NCBI GenBank assembly: GCA_963765495.1 | Contig: CAVXWP010000008.1 | Location: 384,001-448,000 of the forward strand | Reading direction: 5' to 3' | Length of the DNA: 64,000 nucleotides | From: Blastocatellia bacterium | GTDB lineage: Bacteria; Acidobacteriota; Blastocatellia; UBA7656 | In this document: piece by piece, positions 21,420 through 32,117 of the stretch | Layout: every line of letters starts with the position of its first letter | How positions within the stretch are numbered: the stretch's first letter is position 1 | The notes under the pieces: generated by a model | Told to the model about the DNA's origin: nothing | The model's database searches: none | Seen by the model: only the letters and a program-made list of their open reading frames with translations | Translations under genes and position numbers: made by a program

Positions 21420-23912
21420 TCAGGCGCGGACATGCGTTGGTTCATGTTGCGAATCGGCCTTCCCCGCATCGCCAAGCGGCTGGCTGTAGTTGCAGCCTTC
21501 TTCCCGGCAAACAAGCTTGCGGCTGCCGTCTTTGCTTGTCTTCTCAAGCAGAAACCTCGCTCCGCACTGTGGACAGGCCTCGGCTACAGGTTTATCCCAT
21601 AAGGCGAATTTGCATTTTGGATAGTTGGAGCAACCATAGAAGGATTTACCGCGTTTGCCCTTCTTTACGACTATCTCGCCCCCGCATTCAGGACAGGAGA
21701 CGCCGGTCGTCTCCTGCTTTATATACTTACACTCGGGATAATTCGAGCAGGCGGTGAACGGGCCGAATCGTCCAGCCTTCACTACAAGGTGTTTGCCGCA
21801 CTGTGGGCACAATTCCTCAAGCGCCACATCGGGCGAGGCGATCTTCCCACCCTGCTGAATCTTTCGCGTAGTCTTGCATTCGGGATAGCCCGTGCAGGCC
21901 AGAAACTGACCAAACCGCCCCCGCTTCAATGCCATCGGCTTGCCGCAGTTCTCGCAAAGTTCCTCTGCCGCCTCGACTTTTGCCTCTCCCCCGGCTTCAT
22001 CATTTGCCTTTGGTATGTCGCGTGTGGTCTTGCAATCGGGATAGTTTGTACAGGCGAGGAACTGACCATATTTGCCGAATTTTATTGCCATTGGAGAGCC
22101 GCAGTTTTCGCACTTTTCGTCGGTGATGATCTCCTGTCGTTTGACATCCCGCATGTGGTGTTTTGCTGCGTCCAGGTCTTTTGTAAACTTCTCGTAGAAT
22201 TCGGCGAGCGCATCCCGCCACTCCATCTTCCCCTCTTCGATCTCGTCGAGTTCCTGCTCCATGTGAGCCGTGTAGGTCACATTGAACAATCCCTCAAAAC
22301 TGTCCACAAGCAGATCGTTTACGATGAATCCGAGTTCTGTCGGCAAAAACCGCCCTTCCTTTCTCGCCACATACTCCCGGTCCTGAATAACGGTCATAAT
22401 CGAAGCATAGGTTGAGGGTCGCCCGATGCCCTTCTCTTCAAGCACCTTGACGAGCGTGGCCTCCGTAAATCGCGGCGGAGGTTCTGTAAAATGCTGATCC
22501 GGCGTCAGCTTGTTGAGCTTCAGTCTCTCGCCTTCCTGCACAAGAGGAAGACTGCGCCCCTGCTCGTCGTCGTCCTCGTCCTTTTCGTCTTTCCCTTCCT
22601 CATAAACGGCGAGAAACCCGTTGAATTTCAAGACCGACCCCGTGGCGCGGAATAGATAGCGCGGGCCTGCCTGTATATCAATAGTCGTCTGATCGAAAAT
22701 TGCGGGGTTCATCTGCGAGGCCACAAACCTCTGCCATATCAACTTGTAAAGCGCGAGTTCATCCTTGCTCAGATAGTGCGCAATTGAATCAGGAGTGCGT
22801 ACGACCGACGTTGGCCTTATAGCCTCGTGCGCGTCCTGGGCATCTTTTTTCGACCTATAAAAGACAGCTTTTTCAGGCAGATAATTCGCGCCGTATTGAT
22901 CCCCTACGAAATCTCGCACTTCACTGATGGCGCTGTCGGCCACACGGGTGGAGTCGGTTCTCATGTATGTGATGAGCCCGGCAAGCCCCTCCTTTCCTAA
23001 CTCTATCCCTTCATAAAGCCGCTGGGCGATCTGCATGGTTTTCTTTACTGGGAAACGGAGTTTGCGCGAGGCCTCCTGTTGAAGTTTGGATGTTATGAAA
23101 GGCGGAACCGGGTTTCGGCGCTTCTCTTTTGTTGTGACCGATGCCACTACAAACTCCTGCCCCTTTATGTCTCCCACGAGATCCGAGGCCTGTTTTTGAT
23201 CCTTGATGTGAATCTCTTTTTTCTTCACATCCTGATCGAAGTCGCCGGTCTTTATGGTCTGCTCCTCAATTTTGAAGAGCCGCGCGTCGAATGAAGGAGG
23301 CAGCTTTGCCGAAAGATTTGCCGTGATGGTCCAGTACTCTGTGGTCACAAAGGCCAGAATCTCGCGCTCGCGCTCGACCACAAGCCTCAAGGCAACCGAT
23401 TGAACACGCCCGGCCGAAAGTCCGCGTCTCACCTTGTCCCAGAGCAGCGGGCTGACCTGATAGCCGACTATGCGGTCAAGCAGGCGGCGCGCTTGCTGGG
23501 CATCAACCAGATGCTTGTCAATCTCTGTGGGATGCTTGAAAGACTCCTGGATCGCCTTCTTTGTAATCTCGTTGAACATCACGCGGCGTACCGGCTTTCG
23601 ACTCTTGCCGCGTCCTTCAAGCTCCTCTTTTATGTGCCACCCGATGGCTTCGCCTTCGCGATCCGGGTCGGTCGCGACATAAATCATGTCGGCTTCCCTG
23701 GCGGCTGACTTGAGTTGCTTTATGACTTTCTCTTTGCCCGGGATCACTTCATATGTAGGCTCGAAATTATTGTCAAAATCTATACCGATCCCTTTCTTCG
23801 GAAGGTCCTTGACGTGCCCGACCGAAGCCATGACCTTATAATCCGGGCCAAGATATTTGTTTATAGTTTTTGCTTTTGAAGGTGATTCTACTACTACAAG
23901 TGCTTTTGCCAT
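21420..23912 (-). CDS. topA: DNA topoisomerase I (type IA) with C-terminal zinc ribbons
   Basis: VVESPSKAKTI, ATDPDREGEAI, SAGRVQS, catalytic ITYMRTD, AHEAIRPT, repeated C4 zinc ribbons. Confidence 0.97.
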   Translation of the reverse strand: MAKALVVVESPSKAKTINKYLGPDYKVMASVGHVKDLPKKGIGIDFDNNFEPTYEVIPGKEKVIKQLKSAAREADMIYVATDPDREGEAIGWHIKEELEGRGKSRKPVRRVMFNEITKKAIQESFKHPTEIDKHLVDAQQARRLLDRIVGYQVSPLLWDKVRRGLSAGRVQSVALRLVVEREREILAFVTTEYWTITANLSAKLPPSFDARLFKIEEQTIKTGDFDQDVKKKEIHIKDQKQASDLVGDIKGQEFVVASVTTKEKRRNPVPPFITSKLQQEASRKLRFPVKKTMQIAQRLYEGIELGKEGLAGLITYMRTDSTRVADSAISEVRDFVGDQYGANYLPEKAVFYRSKKDAQDAHEAIRPTSVVRTPDSIAHYLSKDELALYKLIWQRFVASQMNPAIFDQTTIDIQAGPRYLFRATGSVLKFNGFLAVYEEGKDEKDEDDDEQGRSLPLVQEGERLKLNKLTPDQHFTEPPPRFTEATLVKVLEEKGIGRPSTYASIMTVIQDREYVARKEGRFLPTELGFIVNDLLVDSFEGLFNVTYTAHMEQELDEIEEGKMEWRDALAEFYEKFTKDLDAAKHHMRDVKRQEIITDEKCENCGSPMAIKFGKYGQFLACTNYPDCKTTRDIPKANDEAGGEAKVEAAEELCENCGKPMALKRGRFGQFLACTGYPECKTTRKIQQGGKIASPDVALEELCPQCGKHLVVKAGRFGPFTACSNYPECKYIKQETTGVSCPECGGEIVVKKGKRGKSFYGCSNYPKCKFALWDKPVAEACPQCGARFLLEKTSKDGSRKLVCREEGCNYSQPLGDAGKADSQHEPTHVRA

Positions 23913-24186
23913 AATCGTCGTCTCTTATCAATCAATCAACCGAGCTATCACGGAGAGGATTCTACGCATAGCCCCAAAAGACCGAATTTAACGTTGCATT
24001 TCCTATCGTGTCAAGTAGGCTTGATTTATGCCTCGTCAGTTTCGAATCAAAATTCGGGTCTGAACACGCGGTCTGAACCTCAAAAAAGCGACCACAGGTG
24101 AGCCCCCAACAACACCGGCTCCGAATACGATTCCAGGCATCGGACTTCGGATTTGGAATTATCGACGATACCGTAAAACGTTCGGA

Positions 24187-25311
24187 TCAAATTCTGCGAA
24201 TAAAGCTTTTTCCCGGCAACTGCCGTATTCGGTCGAGCATTTCCAACCTCAACAGCGCGCTCATTAATTCTCCCGCGCTTAGATCGGACTCTTTGATCAA
24301 GCGGTCGACGTGAACCGATTCGTCAGGTTTTAGCAGTTTCAAAATCCGACGCTCGGCGTCTGAAAGCGCCACTTCATCCATTGATAACTGTTCACTATTA
24401 TTTTCTTCAAGTTCAGAAGAAAAAATAGCCGTCCTTAATTCGAGAGGGAATTCTTCGACAACATCACGCCACGTCTGAATAAGCTTTGCTCCGTCTTTTA
24501 TTAAAAAATTCGGTCCAAAACTCTTTGATGATGTTATGTTGCCCGGAACGGCGAAAACATCCCGCCCCTGCTCATAGGCCATGCGGGCAGTTATTAGTGA
24601 CCCGCTCCGTTCTGCCCCCTCAATTACCAGAACCCCAAGCGCCAGACCGCTGATTACACGGTTTCGAAACGGGAAGTTGTGAGCAACCGGCGGGGTAGAA
24701 ATCGGGAACTCGGTAAGAAGCGCGCCCTCGGCAGCGATTTGCCGGGCAAGTTTCCGATTCTCCTTCGGATAAGTATCATCAAGCCCCGTCGCCATGACGG
24801 CTATTGTCAGCCCTCGCCCCTCGAGTGCCCCGCGATGCGCAGCAGTATCAATACCACGCGCCAGACCGGAAACTATAGTCACTCCCCGGCTTGCCATATC
24901 ACGCGAAAGTGTCTCGGCTACATTCCTGCCGTAAGTCGAGCAACGTCTCGAACCGACTATGGCTACCGTCGGACGCGAAAGCGCCGCATCCAGATCGCCC
25001 GTAAAATAGAGCACTATCGGCGGGTCATAGGTCTCTTTTAGCAGAGCCGGGTAACGCGGGTCTGAAAGCGGCAATGCCTCCCCGCCCAGTTCTCCGAGTG
25101 CTTTTAATTCGACAAGCGCTCGCTCGCGCGGCTCATCGCTTTTCAATGCGGATATGGTATCGCGTTTTAAACCCGCCGATTCAAGCCCGCCCCGGCTCGC
25201 ATCCAGACATGCGGTGGGCGAGCCGAATCTGTCGATCAGATGAACGGCCGTCCGCGACCCAACCCCGGTAACGAATGTCAGCGCCACCCAATCGAGAAGA
25301 GAGTTTTCCAA
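24187..25311 (-). CDS. dprA: DNA-processing protein DprA
   Basis: AIVGSR, IVSGLARGID, FPFRNRVISGL, SGSLITA, C-terminal winged helix. Confidence 0.95.
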   Translation of the reverse strand: MENSLLDWVALTFVTGVGSRTAVHLIDRFGSPTACLDASRGGLESAGLKRDTISALKSDEPRERALVELKALGELGGEALPLSDPRYPALLKETYDPPIVLYFTGDLDAALSRPTVAIVGSRRCSTYGRNVAETLSRDMASRGVTIVSGLARGIDTAAHRGALEGRGLTIAVMATGLDDTYPKENRKLARQIAAEGALLTEFPISTPPVAHNFPFRNRVISGLALGVLVIEGAERSGSLITARMAYEQGRDVFAVPGNITSSKSFGPNFLIKDGAKLIQTWRDVVEEFPLELRTAIFSSELEENNSEQLSMDEVALSDAERRILKLLKPDESVHVDRLIKESDLSAGELMSALLRLEMLDRIRQLPGKSFIRRI

Positions 25312-25568
25312 TTTACCAGTCTTTCGTCATCTGTTTCTGATTGTGGGAGCCTGGAGGCGGACCCAACTACCTGGGGCTTTGATTTTATCCTCTCCTTCTC
25401 CTTAGTCAAGCTTCGCGCGGGGTCTTTCATCCTGGTCTCAAGTATTTGGAACCACTATTCCCTTTATTAAAGATCGAAGTTTCAAAGAATTGAACTCCCG
25501 AGCGCCCGCATGTAGAATGCTTTCTCCGAGGCAGTAAATTCAAGATTGTACTCGCCGGAGGTTTGCAG

Positions 25569-25811
25569 ATGGAAAACGTTAGTAAGGTCATTGCCAGGGT
25601 TGAAGCAATCATCCATAAGCTGGACCCTGATTGTATCGTGCAAGGCACATTCTATGATGAAGTGAGCAACCGCCTTTTTGTGACCGTAGTCAAAGGCTCA
25701 CGAAAGAAAAATATAACTTTACTCGGGCGCTATTTCGAAAACGGTTTTGATGCCCTGAGCAAGACTATAAAGACCGGCATCGAGGAACTACAGACAGAAC
25801 CCATCGGATGA
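25569..25811 (+). CDS. Small hypothetical protein (80 aa)
   Basis: GGAGG RBS before ATG 25569; stop overlaps the next start (ATGA). Confidence 0.6.
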   Translation: MENVSKVIARVEAIIHKLDPDCIVQGTFYDEVSNRLFVTVVKGSRKKNITLLGRYFENGFDALSKTIKTGIEELQTEPIG

Positions 25812-26095
25812 AAATGAAGAGGTGGGAACAGACCGCACATACCATGTTTTACAAGTACAGACAGTCGGTTCTATCCGAACTCGCCCGGCACGGGGTCTCT
25901 CCAAAACCGAGCACGCCTCCTGAATTCGTACGAGAGTTTGTCAATGACCTATATGTATACGAGATTCGCGCTTTGCGGAACCGGATGCGTTCCGGGGCCA
26001 TAGCAAAAACCGAATACGCGAGCCGGGTAACAGAGTTGAGGCGGCGCTATCCTGTGCTTTCATTATCTCTCAACCACTGGATCGAATCCGATTAA
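25808..26095 (+). CDS. Small hypothetical helical protein
   Basis: Coupled to the previous ORF; protein-like composition (ELARHGV.P...[18 protein letters not shown]). Confidence 0.65.
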   Translation: MKMKRWEQTAHTMFYKYRQSVLSELARHGVSPKPSTPPEFVREFVNDLYVYEIRALRNRMRSGAIAKTEYASRVTELRRRYPVLSLSLNHWIESD

Positions 26096-27636
26096 GCCCA
26101 GAAATTTCTGTCAAGCGTGCGGTATTGGATTGCCTCGCTGACGTGCTCTGATTCTATGGCTGGCTTTCCCTCAAGATCGGCAAGCGTTCGGCTGACTTTC
26201 AGGATGCGGTCATAGGCGCGGGCCGAAAGGCCCAGTCGGGTGATCACATTCTCAAGCAATGACTTTGATTCCGAATCTATCGAGCAGTATTTTCTGATCA
26301 GCCTCGGTGTCATCTGTGCATTGCAAAAAAGGCCCTCGCCCCGCAGTCTCTCGAGTTGAATTTGTCGTGTCCTTACCACCCTTTGTCGAATCTCATCCGA
26401 AGACTCGCTCGGCGTCTCGCTTGATAGTTCTTTGAATTTTACCGCCGGAACATCTACATGAATATCGATTCGGTCGAGAAGAGGACCCGAGATTTTTGAG
26501 ATGTATCGTTGTATCTGCATCGGAGTACATTTGCACTCTCTGGTATGGTCGTTGAAATGGCCGCATGGACAGGGATTCATAGCCGCTGCGAGCATGAAAC
26601 GCGAGGGAAATGTAAGTGAGAGCGCCGCCCGGCTGATGGTTACACGTCCGTCTTCGAGAGGCTGGCGGAGCACTTCCAAAACATTGCGCTCAAATTCGGG
26701 CAGTTCGTCCAGGAACAACAACCCGTTATGCGCAAGCGATACCTCGCCGGGTCGCGGGATGCTTCCCCCTCCAATCAACCCGGCATCGGAAATCGTGTGG
26801 TGGGGTGCGCGAAAAGGCCGTGTGGTCACAAGCCCTTTTTTTTCTGTGAGCCCGGCGACGGAATGAATCTTTGTGCATTCGATGGCCTCTTCAAATTCGA
26901 GGGGCGGCAGGATGGTTGGAATCCGCCTCGCTAGCATCGTCTTCCCGGAACCGGGCGGCCCGATCATCATAATGTTGTGACCGCCCGCGGTCGAAACCTC
27001 TATCGCTCGCTTTGCGTGAAGTTGACCACGCACCTCCTTGAAATCGACTGTATACTGATCCGGGTTTGCGAGCATCGAGTTTGTCTCGACCAGGACCGGC
27101 GTTGAAGTAACTTCACCATTTATGAACTGGGCTACCTGTTTGAGCGCAGAAAGCGGGTAGACATCAAGCCCGGCTACAACCGCTGCCTCTTGCGCATTCT
27201 CTTCGGGGAGGAGCAACCTCCTGACGCCCGATTCACGCGCCGCAACGGCTATGGGTAGCGCTCCCTTGACAGGTCGGACTCGCCCGTCAAGCGACAGTTC
27301 ACCGACTATCATAGTGTCATTCAATTCTTCGCAGCGCAGGTCGCCGTTTGCGCCGAGTATCCCAACGGCGATGGGGAGATCAAAACTCGATCCCTCTTTC
27401 TTTATGTCGGCGGGGGCCAGATTGACGGTCACGCGATGGATGGGAAAGTAGAAACCGCAGTTATTTATTGCGGCTCTTATTCGCTCGCGGCTCTCGCGCA
27501 CAGCCGCATCGGGAAGCCCTACCATTGTAAATGCGGAACCAGTGCTGTCGCCTGAGCGCGGAGTCAGGTCTACTTCTACGTCTACGATAAAAGCGTCAAT
27601 CCCAAAAACGGCAGAGCTCAACGTCCTGAAAAGCAT
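26092..27636 (-). CDS. comM: ComM/YifB Mg-chelatase-related AAA+ ATPase (competence helicase)
   Basis: [70 protein letters not shown]. Confidence 0.93.
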   Translation of the reverse strand: MLFRTLSSAVFGIDAFIVDVEVDLTPRSGDSTGSAFTMVGLPDAAVRESRERIRAAINNCGFYFPIHRVTVNLAPADIKKEGSSFDLPIAVGILGANGDLRCEELNDTMIVGELSLDGRVRPVKGALPIAVAARESGVRRLLLPEENAQEAAVVAGLDVYPLSALKQVAQFINGEVTSTPVLVETNSMLANPDQYTVDFKEVRGQLHAKRAIEVSTAGGHNIMMIGPPGSGKTMLARRIPTILPPLEFEEAIECTKIHSVAGLTEKKGLVTTRPFRAPHHTISDAGLIGGGSIPRPGEVSLAHNGLLFLDELPEFERNVLEVLRQPLEDGRVTISRAALSLTFPSRFMLAAAMNPCPCGHFNDHTRECKCTPMQIQRYISKISGPLLDRIDIHVDVPAVKFKELSSETPSESSDEIRQRVVRTRQIQLERLRGEGLFCNAQMTPRLIRKYCSIDSESKSLLENVITRLGLSARAYDRILKVSRTLADLEGKPAIESEHVSEAIQYRTLDRNFWA

Positions 27637-27729
27637 TCCGGGTCTCCAGGGCACACCTATTGTGCAAATGAATTTTACCCGGGGGAACATGCCTTTGCGG
27701 CTGAGTCCGCCTGAGATACTAGACCCAAA

Positions 27730-29001
27730 TCAACCGGCTTGCAATTCAGATAGCCTAATCGCGGGCAGGCACGGTTGCAGGGGCAGGTTTGAATCCGCGC
27801 AAGGCTCAGATTTGCAGTGCGCTTTTCGAGCTTGCTTCCGCATATACATCGCAGTGTCTGCCTGTTCGATGGCTCCTCTGATTTGAGGCACATCATCAAA
27901 GGCGGCAAATCCATGCGATACTATTGTCTTTATGCTTGCGGGCAATTCCGGGAGTGTGGTTTCAGACAGAATTTTGTCGAGTCGAACCGTTCGGCCCCAG
28001 ACATCCAGTTCAGAGCCCTCGAAAATTAGTAACAGGAATTCATCACCTCCCCAACGAAACAACATTCCGTCATTGCTTGAGATGGAGCGGATGCTTGAGG
28101 CGACGGCCTTGATCGCCTTGTCACCTGCCGAGTGCCCATAAGAGTCGTTTATCGGCTTGAGATTGTCTATGTCGATCACGACCGCCCACCCGCTCTTTTT
28201 ATCCCTGCTCTCTTCACGATGGTCTTCAACCAGCGAATAAAAAGCGTGGCGATTCAGCGCCCCTGTGAGGGGGTCTATCCGGGCCAGATTCTCAAGTCGA
28301 TCTCGTGCGGCAATCAGTTCACTGTTGGTTATCTCTACATCACTTCTCACTTTATCCATTACAGCCATTACCGAACCAAATCCGAGCAGGATTTCAAGGA
28401 TCAGATCATAAAGTGAAGTGAATTTGAGATAGCTGACATTGGTGATATGGAAGACTTCAACCGCCGTCATTACCGGGACATAATGAAAAAAGTCTATGGC
28501 TAGCGAGGCAAGCGCGATTGTCATTACCCAATAACCTGGACCTGAACTCATATTGCGCCTGGCGGGTCTGAGCGCATCGAAGGCTTTCGCGAAGAGTATC
28601 CCCATTATCGCTGCGTGAGGGATGAAGATGCGATTGAAGTTCGAGGAGACGGTCGGAAGCGCAACCGCCACAATCACAAGTGCTGATATCCAGTACCAAC
28701 TCCTCCGGTCAAAATCCTGATCGCTCGAATGATTTCGACATCCGGCTATCAGCATCAACCCGAACATGTATTCCCCAAGAAAATAGATGGAGAACATGAA
28801 TGACCGGCAGGCTTCAACCCGGAAACCGACCGAGAGGGCTATGAGGGCAACCGACAGACTCACCCAGGCTATGGACCAGTAATTTAGCGCCTTTCGCCTG
28901 AATGATCTGATCATGAAAAGAGTGAGCACCATTATGAGGATGATCCCCGCGCACTGAACTGTGAGGCCAATGATGCTTTGAATATCCATTGAATCCGCCA
29001 A
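27730..29001 (-). CDS. Membrane diguanylate cyclase (about 7 TM + GGDEF)
   Basis: Hydrophobic N-terminal ~215 aa, DPLTGALNR, DIDNLKPINDSYGHSAGD, RWGGDEF. Confidence 0.88.
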   Translation of the reverse strand: MADSMDIQSIIGLTVQCAGIILIMVLTLFMIRSFRRKALNYWSIAWVSLSVALIALSVGFRVEACRSFMFSIYFLGEYMFGLMLIAGCRNHSSDQDFDRRSWYWISALVIVAVALPTVSSNFNRIFIPHAAIMGILFAKAFDALRPARRNMSSGPGYWVMTIALASLAIDFFHYVPVMTAVEVFHITNVSYLKFTSLYDLILEILLGFGSVMAVMDKVRSDVEITNSELIAARDRLENLARIDPLTGALNRHAFYSLVEDHREESRDKKSGWAVVIDIDNLKPINDSYGHSAGDKAIKAVASSIRSISSNDGMLFRWGGDEFLLLIFEGSELDVWGRTVRLDKILSETTLPELPASIKTIVSHGFAAFDDVPQIRGAIEQADTAMYMRKQARKAHCKSEPCADSNLPLQPCLPAIRLSELQAG

Positions 29002-29420
29002 GATGAATTCTCCAAACCGGGGAAAGGAATTCTAAGGGGCTTACCGTTAGCGATACACAAGGACTTCAACCACGCTATGGCAAACCCTGTGCCTCTCCAC
29101 TTCCCTGATCAAATTGTCATTTCCGAATTCGATCAGACCACAAAAAAGTAGATCCGTTCCCTGCCTGACTCCTCCCTTGAAAGGGGTATATATCTGCCGG
29201 ATAATCAAAATCTCCTGATTCAGTCCCCTCCCGAACGGTCCTCTCCACTCGTCTGAGAGTGATAAAAAAACAAGGTGGAAAGAGTCTTTCGTTTCCGCAT
29301 CAGGGTCTGAGCTTCATCAATTTCGGTATCTAGACCACCGAATTGACTGAATGACCCGTTCATTTTGATTGAAGTTGTAACCGTGATAATCTTGCTTGCA
29401 GAAGTCGATGGAGGGCAATA

Positions 29421-29642
29421 ATGAATAAACGAATGACCGGGGTCTTAAAAATTTTCTCAGAGATGAAGAGTGATTCACTCGATTTGCACACACTGTTTGA
29501 AGCCGGGGGAAACGACACCGAAGCGCGCAAGGAGATTGTCGACATCGTGGCACACCTCGCTTGCGAGGGATATCTTGAAGGCCAGGGCAGTGACTTTTAT
29601 TCGCTGACCGAAAAGGGTCGGCGGGCAATCAAAAAGACATGA
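29421..29642 (+). CDS. Small winged-helix-like hypothetical protein
   Basis: GGAGG RBS; ends with L..EGYL.....DFYSLTEKGR, typical of a wHTH wing. Confidence 0.6.
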   Translation: MNKRMTGVLKIFSEMKSDSLDLHTLFEAGGNDTEARKEIVDIVAHLACEGYLEGQGSDFYSLTEKGRRAIKKT

Positions 29643-29830
29643 AATCAATCACCGATGCGCTGCTCACGATTGCCGTACTCGGCGGGATTTTGATCGCGAG
29701 CGCGATATTTACAAACATGTTTACGCGCGCAATGTATTTTCAGTGCGGGGCGTGTCGGGCGCTGAACGCCAAACGGAGAACTCATTGCAGGCTGTGCGGA
29801 GAAAAACTTAATACGGAGCGCAAATCGTGA
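29639..29830 (+). CDS. Small membrane-anchored zinc-ribbon protein
   Basis: N-terminal TM followed by CGAC-x10-CRLC; ATGA overlap with the previous gene. Confidence 0.6.
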   Translation: MKSITDALLTIAVLGGILIASAIFTNMFTRAMYFQCGACRALNAKRRTHCRLCGEKLNTERKS

Positions 29831-29838
29831 TGCGGAAA

Positions 29839-29944
29839 GACTGATTCGTGATGCGTGACTTGTGAAGACACGTCAGATTACAAGGCTATCGTTCATTTAT
29901 ATTGTATTTGGTTCGGATCACGCATCACGAATCACGCATCAGTC
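29839..29944. repeat. Heptamer-based intergenic inverted repeat
   Basis: TGATTCGTGATGCGTGA (29842-29858) pairs perfectly with TCACGCATCACGAATCA (29918-29934); lies between convergent genes. Confidence 0.75.
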
Positions 29945-29945
29945 A

Positions 29946-32117
29946 TTACAGATTCAAGGAACGGGCTTTTTCCTCTATTGCCTCGTATAACTGCGATTTC
30001 TCACTTTCGCTCACGGCCTGGCGGTATGAGGTGAGCAGGTCTTTTATCGAAATAAGCTCTTTATATAATCCGGCATTTTCAATAGGCGGGGTCAGATATG
30101 AAATCAGTTCGCCGTATGACCGCCGTTTGGCGATTGTTCCCTCCGAGGGATTGTTTACGCTGTAAATGTATATGTTCGGCATCTCGCCGATCAGCCGATC
30201 AGGCCAGCACCGCGATGATAGACCAACTTGCTTGCCGGGCATAAATTCCGTAGCTCCGTGTGTCCCTACGTGGATCAGCGCATCCGCGCGAAATATCTTT
30301 TCAATGTATGTGTAAAGCCCCATAAAGGCGTGGTGGGGCGCTCCGCTTTCGGCGGCAAGCAATCGCATCGGATCGCCTTCATACCCAAACGTAGGCTGGA
30401 CCCCTATAAAGATGTTTCCCAATCTCAGGCCAGGGATCAATATCTCTCGCCCGTTGGAGTTTATCATCCCCGGCGGACGCCCCCATTCATCTTCAATCTC
30501 CGAGACATAAGGGCAAAAGGATCGGTATTCGTCTACGCTCATTCGATATGCAATGTTGGCGACCGATCCAAAATCCGATGAGTTACCATCAAGCAACAAA
30601 CCGCGCAAATGGTCGGGGCTATCGGGAATTTCAAGATCGTAACCTTCAACCTTTAACCGCTTAAGTATCTCAAAGAGGCTCCTGAATACATCCAGGTCGG
30701 CTGCGGTTCCTATGTTTCCTTTGTTTGGCGGGAAGCAAAACAGGATGTATGCGAGCCTCAAATCTTTTCTTTCCGCAATCCGCAGATGATTCCATCGCGC
30801 CAGTCTCCGAGCGATCCTTGCGCACCTGTCTTCAATGGGCTCGGGTTGAATGCCGCTTTCTGTAATACCGCCAAAGACAAACCCTTCGGTCGCTCCGTCT
30901 ATTTCTGGAATCGCAACCTGCATCGCCGTTTGCACGGGGTTGAGTCCCAATCTGCTTGCCTCCCAGCTTTCAACCGTTTGAACATCGAGCGACACCATCG
31001 ACCGATAAGGCAAATTGAATTCCTTAAAGAATTCAACCGCAGCCGATGAATCGTTCATAGCCGGCCCCCCGACAAAACTGAAGCCCGTGAGCGAGAGTAT
31101 TTCACTTACACGCGGGCTCGGTTTTTCACTCCCCCCACGATCAAGGAAGAATTCGCGGCACGCTTCCCGGTTGTCCATAAAGGTAGAGATTGCAGGGATT
31201 ATGGAAAGCCCCTCTGCCTCGATTGCCCGCATCAAGCCGTCGTAATGCAGCCGCGACCCGCTGACAATTTGCGGCCTCATCAGCAATAAACCGAGAGTCT
31301 TCTCCGGGTCCAGTCGTCTACCTTTTACCTGCTGATACCATCCCCTGTACTCTTCGAAGGTTTCAAACAGCCCATCGGCATCCGGGTGATAAATTGCTAC
31401 TGTTGGAGCACGTTCGAACGCTCCCGGTTCGATTACTTCCTTCCCGTCAGGTGAATAATGCTTGACGGCATAAAGCAGCATTGACCGTATGTTTCCGGGT
31501 GTCGGTTGCAGGAAATAACAGAACAGATTCAGATAGTGCTTGATGTCTTTGAGTTTGCCCGCGCCGGGGACAAATTTAAGTATCGCGGGCAATCTGTTTA
31601 CGAGCTTTAGATATGCCCCGGCGTTGCGGGGTGCGGCGTGCCCGTTTTGTTTGCCGCCGTTTGAGGAGGCTGATTTTGTGTTCGCCCCCTTTACCTGTTC
31701 TGCCATCCACGAGCCAATTCTCTTCACGAGATTCCGGCTCGATTCAACATCCCCTGTCTTACTCCCGCTCGCCCGAGATTTCATCAGGCTCGCGAAATCA
31801 AGCCTCCCCATTCGCGTCCGCCGCATCAGTTCGGGCATACAATTGAAGGCGATGACGGTCCTGGATGCATTACTCATCTGGTCAAGGATTTCACCTATCC
31901 GCAGAGCGTTTTCGCCTTCTGTAACATGTATGATGAAGATGATTTCAGACCCGATTAAATCTCTTTCCGCCCCCTGCCATTCATCTTCCGTGAGCGGCAG
32001 CCCACAATTATGAGCCGCTACTGTGAGGCCAAGCTCGTACTGACGGTTGATGTCCTGCTCGGCCTGTCTTAGTGGGACAAGCAGACTGGACCCGACATAA
32101 AGGACGGTTATTTTCAA
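29946..32117 (-). CDS. Mg-chelatase H (BchH/ChlH)-like subunit, N-terminal half
   Basis: FNCMPELMRRTRMG, LTGFSFVGGPA, MQVAIPEIDGA, FCFPPNKGNIGTAA, GVQPTFGYEGDPMRLL, HVGTHGATEFMPGKQ, NNPSEGTIAKRR, ISYLTPP; TTG start overlaps the upstream TGA. Confidence 0.88.
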   Translation of the reverse strand: MKITVLYVGSSLLVPLRQAEQDINRQYELGLTVAAHNCGLPLTEDEWQGAERDLIGSEIIFIIHVTEGENALRIGEILDQMSNASRTVIAFNCMPELMRRTRMGRLDFASLMKSRASGSKTGDVESSRNLVKRIGSWMAEQVKGANTKSASSNGGKQNGHAAPRNAGAYLKLVNRLPAILKFVPGAGKLKDIKHYLNLFCYFLQPTPGNIRSMLLYAVKHYSPDGKEVIEPGAFERAPTVAIYHPDADGLFETFEEYRGWYQQVKGRRLDPEKTLGLLLMRPQIVSGSRLHYDGLMRAIEAEGLSIIPAISTFMDNREACREFFLDRGGSEKPSPRVSEILSLTGFSFVGGPAMNDSSAAVEFFKEFNLPYRSMVSLDVQTVESWEASRLGLNPVQTAMQVAIPEIDGATEGFVFGGITESGIQPEPIEDRCARIARRLARWNHLRIAERKDLRLAYILFCFPPNKGNIGTAADLDVFRSLFEILKRLKVEGYDLEIPDSPDHLRGLLLDGNSSDFGSVANIAYRMSVDEYRSFCPYVSEIEDEWGRPPGMINSNGREILIPGLRLGNIFIGVQPTFGYEGDPMRLLAAESGAPHHAFMGLYTYIEKIFRADALIHVGTHGATEFMPGKQVGLSSRCWPDRLIGEMPNIYIYSVNNPSEGTIAKRRSYGELISYLTPPIENAGLYKELISIKDLLTSYRQAVSESEKSQLYEAIEEKARSLNL

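Noticed and set aside
26092-27636. 'Mg chelatase-related' ATPase as a member of the nearby chelatase system
   Set aside because: Motifs identify ComM/YifB, which fits with dprA in DNA transformation; the shared name reflects AAA+ homology only.
29002-29420. c-di-GMP riboswitch near the cyclase (GGCAAAC at about 29080; similar at about 20165)
   Set aside because: Only the short GGCAAAC seed matches; the second stem and the rest of the consensus are missing. An Infernal/Rfam scan would settle it.
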